Virus record (IMG/VR): IMGVR_UViG_3300025141_000034 | Coordinates: 32,001-96,000 of that record | Reading direction: 5' to 3' (one strand) | DNA: 64,000 nt | Source of the DNA: a virus | Shown: positions 10,801 to 20,040 of the stretch, piece by piece | Position numbering within the stretch: the first letter of the stretch is position 1 | Layout: every line of letters starts with the position of its first letter | The notes under the pieces: generated by a model | Seen by the model: the letters and a program-made list of their open reading frames with translations, nothing else | What the model was told of the DNA's origin: nothing | Database searches by the model: none | Position numbers and translations under genes: made by a program

Positions 10801-11621
10801 GTTCGTTTGGAAAATTAAGACTTGACGTCTCTACAGATCAGCCGACCACAAAGTCAGATGCGCTTGGTACGATAACACTTACAGATTTTTCTCAACATTT
10901 TGTGTTCAGCGGATCAGCCCAGCGTCCTTGGAGCATATTTCAGTCATCTGCAAAGCTCGAAGCCTCCGCTGTAAAGGTAGCCTCAGCCAGCTTCTTTCAC
11001 ATGTCAGGATCAGGATTTGAGCCCAATAGAGAGAGGGTGATTAAGCCTCACACATTTCACTATAGCCATATTTCTCCTCACTTTGACCTATCTGAGACTG
11101 ATAGCAAAGTGAGGGTTAGAAGCTACCTGGAACCAGATAAGATAGAGGCAAGTGACTACGCATATCCCGCACCGCTTTATGACATCCCAAGGTCAGATAT
11201 TCCAGATGATGATATAAGATTTGCCATCGACTTTTCAATTGTCCAGGCATTAAATGAAGATATCATGACTCTCTTTTCCTCACTGGACTTCTTTAATAAT
11301 GCACTCGGCGATCCAAATTTAATGTTCGACGACTACTATCCAGATCTCGAGCAGCTAAGAAAGATTTATTTTAATCGTCTTGTAGATAAGATTAATATTA
11401 AGCAATTTTTTGAGTTCTTTAAGTGGTTTGATACAATGCTAGGTGTCATGATTGAGCAATTAATTCCCAAGAAGACTAATTTTAATGGAATTAATTTTGT
11501 GATAGAGTCTCATGTTCTTGAGCGACACAGGATGAGATATTTATCAGATGATATTTATTTAAAGCTATCTGAAAGAGAGTCAACATTTTCAGATCTTGTT
11601 GACAAGAATCTCGAGGACTAG
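7848..11621 (+). CDS. large baseplate wedge protein with LamG/ConA-like domains (gp7-like position)
   Basis: LamG-type motifs (FQHVCAV..., FSGSMDEFRFF, LRLYFKFNE; FSGRVGHIRFW) and a wedge-type segment WRRILTNM...RGTKHSVKALIRSIGI...IREFGG. Confidence 0.65.
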   Translation: MSKEDRVLVQNKPKLFKPATIRGIKKGPGRTRETSLSDLKDTNIESTSSFRYDQPGDGIKSTQQLDIDWSDFENHTFFNSAVSKVNVAFDRIINDFPFDGTRRNIEAYTDSLTGYEKYILDIFPRNVGYLNFLGSSTAGLDQGIFIKVRDQAGSLFPQFSSLNTGENVLDPSTGSFSIEMQLLCAAATNNEQVICQRLVSDSYGFGLLLSGSSSTTEARILFSVMSGSSTQIASGTIDKGSFQHVCAVCDRTDGVNKLRLYSNEKFIGESDGQVEIGDVGFTADHYFTIGSGSIQHLSGTDSGSETPASKYTPLETFSGSMDEFRFFNSVRALDDQKRYAKKTIYSSHDLRLYFKFNEPSGSTGVNDVVLDSSGKSLHARVTNYLDAGSGIALRSSSSFYGSEIKSPMVDEDINLAPVLFPKFERVTELNTKLLTTASLYDNENPNLITKLIPQHYLEDGQYFQGLSSIDGGIGGHYSGSSIPGTGDLGSAQLLSALLFIYAKQFDEIKLFIDEFSNIIHVDYDASNSVSDPFLQFAGKYLGIELPRIFNNASIIQGVDGENLGLDQAKAANSLNYVQNLIWRRILTNMGEITRSRGTKHSVKALIRSIGIEPDNILRIREFGGPSTKTLRNLRVNRSEVSTMLDFSGSLGVPSQGWTASNLNYQGFSTGSSQSPRIMSPYLSASRFEVGFPTPIGTFVSKHIDYTTTVLTGSVNFSDGKFNPIWNHSVHGHSNNNNDGLFTSGSWSYEAIYQIPKLTTGSHFLTQSLARMHVTGASSPCDKHGVIFNLIAYSGSRRIDLFGRPGWAQNLVSSPEMRLILTGPDIFDGNLWNVCFGRFRSDDPTSGSGVHGSSSFYLRCSRNNYGELKEYFTTASLFKGERDSASIYQGGLQQRVLSSYNELGSFIVIGSQSIDRSTRLLNDVTRLPDDEWSAARYTQFSGRVGHIRFWSKAVTNTEFEEHTRNFKSLGVDNPKINFNFDRTTTGSFGKLRLDVSTDQPTTKSDALGTITLTDFSQHFVFSGSAQRPWSIFQSSAKLEASAVKVASASFFHMSGSGFEPNRERVIKPHTFHYSHISPHFDLSETDSKVRVRSYLEPDKIEASDYAYPAPLYDIPRSDIPDDDIRFAIDFSIVQALNEDIMTLFSSLDFFNNALGDPNLMFDDYYPDLEQLRKIYFNRLVDKINIKQFFEFFKWFDTMLGVMIEQLIPKKTNFNGINFVIESHVLERHRMRYLSDDIYLKLSERESTFSDLVDKNLED

Positions 11622-11624
11622 AAG

Positions 11625-14600
11625 ATGCCAGTATCTCCCTTTAAAGATAGGTTTGGAAAGGCTTTAGCTCTAACCGGCTCAGCTTCAGGATCATCTCCGC
11701 CTTCTGTCGGCGTAAGCTCATCATTTAAGATACTGAATACAGCAGCTGGAGGAATGAAGACAGCTAAGATTGACATCTATAGACAGGGTGTGAGCATAAC
11801 ATCAAGACGATATATCAGGAGAGATTCACCCTCAACAGTTAACGTATCTGGTCAGACTGCAACAATTGGCTCACTTCCAGTCTTAACATCTAACGGCATG
11901 GACGGTGAGACACTAGAGGAGATCCACGCTATTGAGGTTAGGGATTTTGGTCAACCCAAGCTATTCGTTGACGATGAGCCATTTGAAGACATGGCCTCCA
12001 TGAAGATCCATACCAGAATCTCATCAGATATAACCTCCGCGTATGGTGGTGCGATAGCGTATCTAAATGATACCAATCAGCAGCTATATCCAGTAATATT
12101 ATCTAATGTTTCAATGAAATATCCGGATCAGATGGACGGTGTCATCGAGCCATTTCCAATCAGAGAGGTTATAAGTAACAGATCTGCTGAGACTCCGTTT
12201 GTTGCCCACAGGGTAAGGGCAGATATTTTAGATGGAAATATTGAGGAATCTTACGGCTCTGATAGGGTGACACAGATTATGTCTGTGACAGCTTCACAGC
12301 AAATTGATCCATTTATAGATTCTGCTGAGATAGCTATGGCAGATGGTGGTACATTTACGCTATTTGCACCAGGATTTACATCTGATCTTCAGCGAATTTT
12401 ACCACCCTTTCTTGACAGAGGTTCACCCGGTGCTGAGGGTAAGGAGAGATTTTGTAAGATTCTTGTTGGAACAGGATCTCTAAGGGATTTAGGTCTCATT
12501 GACAGCCATCACAAGTCAGCAGGTTCAGGATTCACCTATGGAAATAATCCAGAAGGAACAGATTCACTAGCATTCGGTGGGCTTCTCAGTACAGGCTCTA
12601 CAAGCATGTCAAGATTCTTAAGCAAGCCCCCGCGTCTTGAGTTAAGGGAGACAGACTCTAGAACTGGATCATATCCGACTATCAATAGAACAGGTGATAG
12701 GAGTAGACATGGAAAGTATAGCATTAACTTTGACGATAGAAAGACAGTCATCTTTACATCTGCTTCTGCTGTGTACCCACAGGTTTTAAACTTTGACTCC
12801 CCAAGCTTTATCTTTCCAACGAGCTCACTAGGAAAGGTCACAAGAAATCTAAGAAAAGGTGTGTCAGACATACGTGTTGAGTTTACACCAGGAGAGGCCT
12901 TAGGGCCATATGACGATAGCCTGATATCTCTGGGATCAAGTTCATTCTACATGACAGGAACAACAACCGATATAATGGATGGATTTTCTGGTCCGCTCAA
13001 GAGTAAGACACAGATATTTTTTGACGTCACTCCCAGTGAGACACTTACGCTGACTAGATCGCCCAATAGTAGATTTAGTATATTGGATTCAGGTGCAGAA
13101 TCTACAAAGACAGGATTTGCATACTGGAATAGCACATCTCGACGGTGGGAGCAAATAGGGCTTAAAGATCCTGCAACAGGGGCTGATATTAAGTTTGACT
13201 ACGCAGCAGAAGGCTCCGCAATAAACAATGTCACTAGTGGAACAAACACATATCCCCAGCAGTTTACACCATGTCAGCACACGACATTTACAAAAGGTCA
13301 AATAATTGGAAAACCTTTCAATAGTGTTCTTAGGTCAAGGCTATATCACCTAATAGGTTCTCCAACAGTCTCTTCTTTTGCGCCGTTTAAGACCACCTAT
13401 CACGCAACAAGCAGCCAGACGATAAGCATGTCTGACTATATCTCACACCCATTTCTCTTAGAAAAAATCGTCGTTAAGATGGAGGGGCGTGCACAGAGAG
13501 TGCACCCTAGGGCAAAAGAGGGTGCTGCGATTAGGCATCAAGATGATTACATGTTTTTCATCTACAGACAGGAAAGGAGAAATCCAAGCGGAAGCTTTAG
13601 AGGGGGTGGGCCTGACGATAACTCACCAGGAACGCCGACGCCGTCAAATTTCTTCAGAGTGGATTCTGCGACTGATATCTCAGGAAGCCAACGATTTCTT
13701 GTTTGCAGCGGAGCGATGACATTCTATCAGGGAACTGTTGCTACAACAGATGCAGGATCAAATAGAGTTACTTACGACTATAAGCCAGTTAACTCTCCAG
13801 CATTCTCCTATGATTTTAACATTCTAGCTGCAGGAGCAACACAGAGAGTTGGAGCGTTTACAGGATCCATTAAGCTAGAGATCGAACCAGCAGTGGCAAC
13901 ACAGGGAATAAAGGGTAGGTCAGTTATCTTTGATAGTGATTCTCCAAATGCAGCAACAAGAGGTGCTGGTATCTATCACTACTGGCCCGGTGGAACAACG
14001 TCAAAACCATTTATGCACGGTGGGCATAGAGTCAATATTACAGACTCCTATGACATGGTCAAACCCTCAATATATACAGGAAAGGCTGGAATTGATGCGT
14101 CATACGGCCAGTGGACATTTACTCAAATAACAAATGGTACTGTTCCAAAGTCAAGTCTCGGACCAAGACAGCTTCCAATAACTGAGATAGATTCAAGAAC
14201 CTTTAGGCCTTTAGGCGGACCCATCGGTGACCCTATTGAATTTGGAAATAATACAAATGCAGCTAAGGGAATGGCTCCGAGAAGGGATGCAAATCAGTCA
14301 GCTAAGTCACCCTACATTCTATTTCCTGAAGATAAGATTGTCTTTGGTCTAGAGGCAGCCATTGCGCCAGGAGACATATCAAGCATGACAGGGTCAGGAA
14401 ATGCTGGTGGAGGATTCGGTGGGCAAAATTCACTTACCGGATCTAAGCTTGAGATATTTCAGTCAGACTCTAGACAGACAATTGTATTTTACGGATCACT
14501 CATAAGAGATGGAAAGGAACATCACGACACACTTAACCAGCCGTTGACATCTGACGCCATTCACGAGATGATCTTCGAGCCAGTCGTTGATCAGTGGGAC

Positions 14601-15632
14601 ATATCTTCAGAAGCTGTAAATGCAGGAACATATGCTGACAACTATGTTACAGGGACTATGACATCTGCTCCATATCCTCACAACGCAGATGCAGATGAGT
14701 TCTCTAATAATCTCAATTCAGTTGTTAGAGGTGTGGCTGGAAGCTTTATCAAGGGGACAGCACCTAATCGTGCTGGGTCTTTTCAAAGATCTGTCACCAT
14801 GTTTGACAGCTCTCAGAGATTCTATGACACGATAATGCCAGATCTTAAGACATATGTCAGACGATCAGGCGGATTTCAAGAGCTGCAAGCGTCAGGATCG
14901 ATGAGCACAATAGTCTTTAATCCGACTAAATTTTACATCGAGGGCGACGGTCATAGAATGCCATTCCCATATGATGGAAATCCTACGAGAAATATATCTG
15001 ATTCTACAAACCTATTAGTAATATCAGCCGCAGGATCTAGCTATCTGTATGGATCGTCGCAGTCGTCTCTAATTAGAAGACTTCTCTTTATGATTGGATT
15101 TGAAGGCGGAACATTTGACACGTATACCACATTTACCGGTAAGACGGGAGCAACCACTACAACTATAGCGTCATTTGCTCACGCACACCCACAGTCAACT
15201 GGCGCAATGGGATATAGGTATGGAATACAAAATATCTATCCAGAAAATCCCAGAGCCGTATTTAGAAGAGATAGCTATGGTCAATTTAGAGATATGCTTG
15301 AGCAGAGAAAAGAGGGAAGATTTTTTGAACCATTTTTATCTGACATAGATAATTTAAATCTTAGAGGTAAGAGTGAGAGCACCGTCGGCGATCCAGCTGT
15401 ATTCTGTAAGTTTACTAAACCAAGTTCAGATGAATCAGAAGATCCCTATCTAACAACGTGCTCTAATATGAGCTTTGCCTCAACGTCTTCACTTCCATTC
15501 TTCGATGGTGAGATTGTTAATATTACCAATCCAACTCTACTTAAGACAGTTGCTGTGGTGAAGGGAACAACCCTCCCAGCTGCAGTTCAGACAGCCCTGC
15601 AGACTCCTGGAATTAATTCTAAAAAGGGTTAA
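11625..15632 (+). CDS. large virion structural protein (possible fibre/baseplate; possible two-gene fusion)
   Basis: 1335-aa S/T/G-rich ORF in the structural operon. Confidence 0.7.
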   Translation: MPVSPFKDRFGKALALTGSASGSSPPSVGVSSSFKILNTAAGGMKTAKIDIYRQGVSITSRRYIRRDSPSTVNVSGQTATIGSLPVLTSNGMDGETLEEIHAIEVRDFGQPKLFVDDEPFEDMASMKIHTRISSDITSAYGGAIAYLNDTNQQLYPVILSNVSMKYPDQMDGVIEPFPIREVISNRSAETPFVAHRVRADILDGNIEESYGSDRVTQIMSVTASQQIDPFIDSAEIAMADGGTFTLFAPGFTSDLQRILPPFLDRGSPGAEGKERFCKILVGTGSLRDLGLIDSHHKSAGSGFTYGNNPEGTDSLAFGGLLSTGSTSMSRFLSKPPRLELRETDSRTGSYPTINRTGDRSRHGKYSINFDDRKTVIFTSASAVYPQVLNFDSPSFIFPTSSLGKVTRNLRKGVSDIRVEFTPGEALGPYDDSLISLGSSSFYMTGTTTDIMDGFSGPLKSKTQIFFDVTPSETLTLTRSPNSRFSILDSGAESTKTGFAYWNSTSRRWEQIGLKDPATGADIKFDYAAEGSAINNVTSGTNTYPQQFTPCQHTTFTKGQIIGKPFNSVLRSRLYHLIGSPTVSSFAPFKTTYHATSSQTISMSDYISHPFLLEKIVVKMEGRAQRVHPRAKEGAAIRHQDDYMFFIYRQERRNPSGSFRGGGPDDNSPGTPTPSNFFRVDSATDISGSQRFLVCSGAMTFYQGTVATTDAGSNRVTYDYKPVNSPAFSYDFNILAAGATQRVGAFTGSIKLEIEPAVATQGIKGRSVIFDSDSPNAATRGAGIYHYWPGGTTSKPFMHGGHRVNITDSYDMVKPSIYTGKAGIDASYGQWTFTQITNGTVPKSSLGPRQLPITEIDSRTFRPLGGPIGDPIEFGNNTNAAKGMAPRRDANQSAKSPYILFPEDKIVFGLEAAIAPGDISSMTGSGNAGGGFGGQNSLTGSKLEIFQSDSRQTIVFYGSLIRDGKEHHDTLNQPLTSDAIHEMIFEPVVDQWDISSEAVNAGTYADNYVTGTMTSAPYPHNADADEFSNNLNSVVRGVAGSFIKGTAPNRAGSFQRSVTMFDSSQRFYDTIMPDLKTYVRRSGGFQELQASGSMSTIVFNPTKFYIEGDGHRMPFPYDGNPTRNISDSTNLLVISAAGSSYLYGSSQSSLIRRLLFMIGFEGGTFDTYTTFTGKTGATTTTIASFAHAHPQSTGAMGYRYGIQNIYPENPRAVFRRDSYGQFRDMLEQRKEGRFFEPFLSDIDNLNLRGKSESTVGDPAVFCKFTKPSSDESEDPYLTTCSNMSFASTSSLPFFDGEIVNITNPTLLKTVAVVKGTTLPAAVQTALQTPGINSKKG

Positions 15633-15641
15633 TGAATAGTA

Positions 15642-16253
15642 ATGGCAACAACGACACTATATGATTCTGATCTTAGAAAAGTAGAATCCATTACTGTCAG
15701 GTCAGGATCAGATGAGGGAGATATTGACGTAACAATATTTCCAAACAGGATTCAGATAGGTTTGGATGATAGCGACTTCAATCATGTCAATGTAGTGTCA
15801 GGAAGCCTCAAGGTAACTGACAGGATTAACGGAAAAATACTTCACTATACACATCATAACTTTACCGTTGCATCAACAAGTGTCAACTATATTCCTATGA
15901 GCTCAACAACAGAAACTACAACTGTAACAGATCAACAGGTAGGATTTCAAGCACCCCACAACGGCCAGCTTAAGAAGGTTTTAACTAAGGTAAATGTTGT
16001 GTGGGGAACTAACCTGGCCCATAGCACAACAATTGCATTTCACAAAGGTCCTGACGGAACTGAGAGTGTTAGTGCGTCAGCAACAGAATCTGGCACAGTA
16101 GCGCTGATAGCTTCAAATACTACTAAAACAGCATCTTTCTCAAGCTCAACATTTAGTGCGGGTGATACAGTTGCAATTTCAATAGACCCATATGCAAGCA
16201 CTTCTGGAAAGGTAAGAATGACTTGTGTGTGGGAATATGACACTAACACATAA
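15642..16253 (+). CDS. small beta-rich virion protein
   Basis: 203-aa S/T-rich ORF with a jelly-roll-like C-terminus (FSAGDTVAISID...VRMTCVWEYD). Confidence 0.65.
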   Translation: MATTTLYDSDLRKVESITVRSGSDEGDIDVTIFPNRIQIGLDDSDFNHVNVVSGSLKVTDRINGKILHYTHHNFTVASTSVNYIPMSSTTETTTVTDQQVGFQAPHNGQLKKVLTKVNVVWGTNLAHSTTIAFHKGPDGTESVSASATESGTVALIASNTTKTASFSSSTFSAGDTVAISIDPYASTSGKVRMTCVWEYDTNT

Positions 16254-16256
16254 TTA
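16250..16256 (+). promoter_or_regulatory. putative late promoter ATAATTA
   Basis: Same motif, followed by AGGAG and the GTG start at 16273. Confidence 0.5.
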
Positions 16257-16272
16257 GTGAATAGGAGAGACA

Positions 16273-17253
16273 GTGGCTGGAATACTTGACAACAAACTTC
16301 GGATCATGGACGTTGTAGTAACAGAGGAAGGAAAGCGCCAGATCACATCTGGAAAGATGAATATTGAGTTTGCAACGTTTACTGATGGCCACACATTTTA
16401 TCAGGGAGATGTGGCTAGCGGATCAGCAGATGCTTCAGATAGAATATTTTTAGAGGCTGTGTGCCTTCCAAGGGATCAGATCACGTTTGAGACAGATGAC
16501 TCAGGAAATCTAGTGTCATTTACTGGAGGAGATTACGAGGTCGGATCTGATGGAACTCTCTATCAGGGAACAGACAACAGGAGGCTTGATCCTGTTTCAA
16601 GTGGATCAGTCTTCTCAAGCCTTGTGGATACAGTTCTCTCTTCTTCTATTGATAATTTTAAAAATCTTCAAACAATTGGAACAAAGACAATATTTGATGA
16701 TCATGCGTTTCAAACAGATGTTGACTTTATTGATTTTTATATTTCAGAAAATTCTCCAATGATAGGAGGTGCTGATGATGTTGATGCATCAATTAGCATA
16801 GACATCATAGAGCCGTTATTTTTGGATTATCGAACGTCTCACATCGATAATTTTCAGTTTCTACCTCCAATAATCACGTCTGATAGGTCGTCAACTGGAG
16901 CTGAGGAGTCATTTGGAGAGTACACAGACCTTAATCAGCTTGTGTATCAGGGGACCGAGGCGACGTGGATGACAGCATATGGTTCACGAAGCACATACTC
17001 TACACTTTACGGATATCAGTATTCTGATATTGAGTTTACAAAGAATAGTAAAGATGCAAATATCATGTTTCAAGTCTTTGAGTCAGGTGGAACAGTTGAC
17101 TCGAGGCTGAAGAAGCTTGACGTTATTGATGCAGGTGTGTATGTCACAGATGAGGGACTTTCCTATCAGACATTTTTTGTCGGAAAGGTCTTTATTGATA
17201 GTGTTGGACAGCCTACATTTGTTAACATATTTCAGATAACACTGGCGGAGTAA
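16273..17253 (+). CDS. virion structural protein (N-terminus paralogous to 26585..27292)
   Basis: MAGILDNKLRIMDVVVTEEGKRQI...FATFTD aligns by eye with MGFLDHSTNNIILDAVLTDKGRQLL...YALSD. Confidence 0.7.
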   Translation: MAGILDNKLRIMDVVVTEEGKRQITSGKMNIEFATFTDGHTFYQGDVASGSADASDRIFLEAVCLPRDQITFETDDSGNLVSFTGGDYEVGSDGTLYQGTDNRRLDPVSSGSVFSSLVDTVLSSSIDNFKNLQTIGTKTIFDDHAFQTDVDFIDFYISENSPMIGGADDVDASISIDIIEPLFLDYRTSHIDNFQFLPPIITSDRSSTGAEESFGEYTDLNQLVYQGTEATWMTAYGSRSTYSTLYGYQYSDIEFTKNSKDANIMFQVFESGGTVDSRLKKLDVIDAGVYVTDEGLSYQTFFVGKVFIDSVGQPTFVNIFQITLAE

Positions 17254-17256
17254 AAA

Positions 17257-20040
17257 GTGAAGATAAGTCTACCTGTAATTTCTGCACTTCAAGATGGTGA
17301 TGAGATATGCGAGATTAAAGACTATGCGACAACATCAACTGGAGACATTGTCTATAACTACTCCTTCTCTATTGATGCAACTACAAATGATCTTTTAAAT
17401 AATGACGTCGTAAGCCTAAGAGTTACACTGCTATCTACAAAGACGTCATCACCTACAAATGACTTTAGAAAGTTAGCTTCCGGAGATCTCTCTCCCGTAT
17501 CAGATTCAGTCGGATTGACTATTTCCGATAAGAAAGAGCAGTCATTTTCTAAAAATTCTACAGTCGCAACTTCTATTCTTAAGTCACACATACAGATGAA
17601 ACAGTCAATAAGAGATAATAAAATATCTGAATCACTATCTAGAATTGATTATGCAGAAATTTCTGTTGATTCAATAATGAATGCAGATTCAAAATCTGCA
17701 CTTCTAGAAGGAAAGACTAGGACGGCAATCACGTCAGGAACTGGCGATGAAATTTCGCTGGGCTCAAGAGTTTCTGATATATTTTTTGATGGCGACTTTG
17801 AGATATCAACGCAGAGAAGAAAGAATATATCCGCTGCTAAGTCATCACAGGCTAGCGATATTCCCGTCTTAGATACAATTCTTGTTCAACCGCCTAGCCC
17901 AAGTGCTAGATCGAATCGTGGAAGTTCATCAAAAAACTATGAGACAGATGCTAGCGGAAATGTTGTAGAGGTCTCAGGAATTCCAAACATTAGCCAGTCT
18001 ACAACACAAGATCCTCTCTCTGGAATACTTGAAAGATCTGGAAAGGGAAGTTCTACTCCCTCATCTATTGACTCAAGTCCGCAGGCAGCGAGTTGGACAT
18101 CTGCAATGGCTCACGGTCTGGCTTCTTCACAGATTATTGCAAAGGATATGGGTAGTATCATAAATTCAGCACATGATAACTTTGCAGGTACATCAACAAA
18201 ATTTTCATCAGATGTTAGTGGGAAATCAGCTTTAACAACAGATGACGTTGATCAGCTTGCAGCTTCTCTAAGGTCGGGATTGGAAAAAATTCCAAGTGTG
18301 CCACCGTCAAAGATGTCAGATATCAATGGTAGTGAATATGTCTCAGTCAAGGTTGACACAACTACAGAAAATCTAATATTTAAGACAGATTTAAGTGTTC
18401 CTTCATCGTTACTGTCTAATCCGTCATCTTTTTATGTGGTTTTAGATCTAATGGACACGAATGGAAGAACTGTTCAAACAAAAACAAGAGTTATAGATCA
18501 CGCTAAAAAAGTTTCCGAGCTATATTATTTAACAATTCCGCCATCCATTACAGCAATTCAATCTGAAGATTCAACGATTCGTGTTACTTTAAATCAGATG
18601 GACCCTAGCGGGAAGAAAATCCGTCTGCTTACAAAGGTCATGGATGAGATAACATTTACTAATGGTGATGTATTTCAAACAGTTGGAACATACAATGCAA
18701 CCCATAAGGGTGACTCAGTGAGCATTGGAATCAACCCGCATCCTGGAAATACAATTCTAGTTAGAGCAATTGCAATGTCTTCAGCTGGTGCCTTAGGAAC
18801 ATTTTCAGATGTAATAATAAAATCCGTCTCCAAACCTCCGGCAATATTACTTGGAAATGAGCTTGGTGAACCTGCAATTTCTTCTAAAAATATTTTATCT
18901 GGAATAGAGGTTTCAGCAACAGTTATGATAGGAAGCCCGGTTGCAATATACTTCTTACGCAAGGATCTGACTGCTGGTGAGAGACTATTTACAACTCTAT
19001 CACCTAAGTCTTATGATGCATTCTACAGGGGTGGAAAGAGATGTCAGCTAATTGATACAGCTGTAACAAAAGATCATGTGTATGAATATAAGTGTAAGTT
19101 AATTTTTAAAAATGGTTTAGAGAAAATTTCTAAGAATAGTGCAATTATTTTAAATTTTAAAATTCAGGATAATATTTCAATAGAATCTCAGACTCCCAAG
19201 ATTAAAAAAATAAGCTCAAAAGGTGCATATTCAATTAAGGTTGATATGAAAATTAATATTCCTGAATCAGATGCCGATACTGTTAAATCTATTTTTGACA
19301 ATTTAGGACTGTCAGATATCTTTAGTGACGAAATATCAGATATTAAAGATGAACTTGAAACTATTGCTGTCTTTAGCGTTAAGCGATTTGACTTTAAAAC
19401 TGGAATCGAGCATGACTTAGGAATGTTTCCACAGGGCTTATTTACAGATGAAGGTGATTTAACAAAGGGTATTCCCACACCTGATAGCGGCGGTGAATTT
19501 TTGTATAAGTTTGAGGCATTGATTAGGGTGCCTAGTGAAGCTCTCTCTGACGTTTCTGTAAAGACTGATCCAAACTTTAGTGAGAAATTTATATCACCAA
19601 TAGCAATTCGTGATGGAACACTGTCGTATGGAAGCTCACTTATATCTAACCACGCTGAAAATGTCTTCGAATTAGGTAAGACGGGAATTGTTAAGACTGT
19701 GAGAGTCACAATACCCTCTACAGATTCAGTTCAAATAAATTCTAACAAGATTAAAGTGACAAATAAGAATGATGTGAGAGTTTCATGGACAGTTTCAGGA
19801 AACATTGCCAAGATAGATCACTTTATTATTTTAGCATCTAGAAATGGTGTGACGATCCCAGTGGGAACACATCACAGTTCATCAAGGGGAGGTGGATTCT
19901 CCTATGTAGACACATCTCAGAAAAATATTCTAGGAATGATTAAGTACAGTATTGTACCAGTTTTTTCAGATTTTACAAGAGGCTTACCGTCATCTGTGGG
20001 CTCAGCAGTGATCAGTAAGGAGGTTTCAAATGGCAGGTAG
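17257..20040 (+). CDS. large hypothetical structural protein with Ig/FN3-like repeats
   Basis: 927 aa. FN3-like motifs LIDTAVTKDHVYEYKC and VRVSWTV...YVDT...YSIVPV, plus an S-rich disordered segment. Confidence 0.7.
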   Translation: MKISLPVISALQDGDEICEIKDYATTSTGDIVYNYSFSIDATTNDLLNNDVVSLRVTLLSTKTSSPTNDFRKLASGDLSPVSDSVGLTISDKKEQSFSKNSTVATSILKSHIQMKQSIRDNKISESLSRIDYAEISVDSIMNADSKSALLEGKTRTAITSGTGDEISLGSRVSDIFFDGDFEISTQRRKNISAAKSSQASDIPVLDTILVQPPSPSARSNRGSSSKNYETDASGNVVEVSGIPNISQSTTQDPLSGILERSGKGSSTPSSIDSSPQAASWTSAMAHGLASSQIIAKDMGSIINSAHDNFAGTSTKFSSDVSGKSALTTDDVDQLAASLRSGLEKIPSVPPSKMSDINGSEYVSVKVDTTTENLIFKTDLSVPSSLLSNPSSFYVVLDLMDTNGRTVQTKTRVIDHAKKVSELYYLTIPPSITAIQSEDSTIRVTLNQMDPSGKKIRLLTKVMDEITFTNGDVFQTVGTYNATHKGDSVSIGINPHPGNTILVRAIAMSSAGALGTFSDVIIKSVSKPPAILLGNELGEPAISSKNILSGIEVSATVMIGSPVAIYFLRKDLTAGERLFTTLSPKSYDAFYRGGKRCQLIDTAVTKDHVYEYKCKLIFKNGLEKISKNSAIILNFKIQDNISIESQTPKIKKISSKGAYSIKVDMKINIPESDADTVKSIFDNLGLSDIFSDEISDIKDELETIAVFSVKRFDFKTGIEHDLGMFPQGLFTDEGDLTKGIPTPDSGGEFLYKFEALIRVPSEALSDVSVKTDPNFSEKFISPIAIRDGTLSYGSSLISNHAENVFELGKTGIVKTVRVTIPSTDSVQINSNKIKVTNKNDVRVSWTVSGNIAKIDHFIILASRNGVTIPVGTHHSSSRGGGFSYVDTSQKNILGMIKYSIVPVFSDFTRGLPSSVGSAVISKEVSNGR

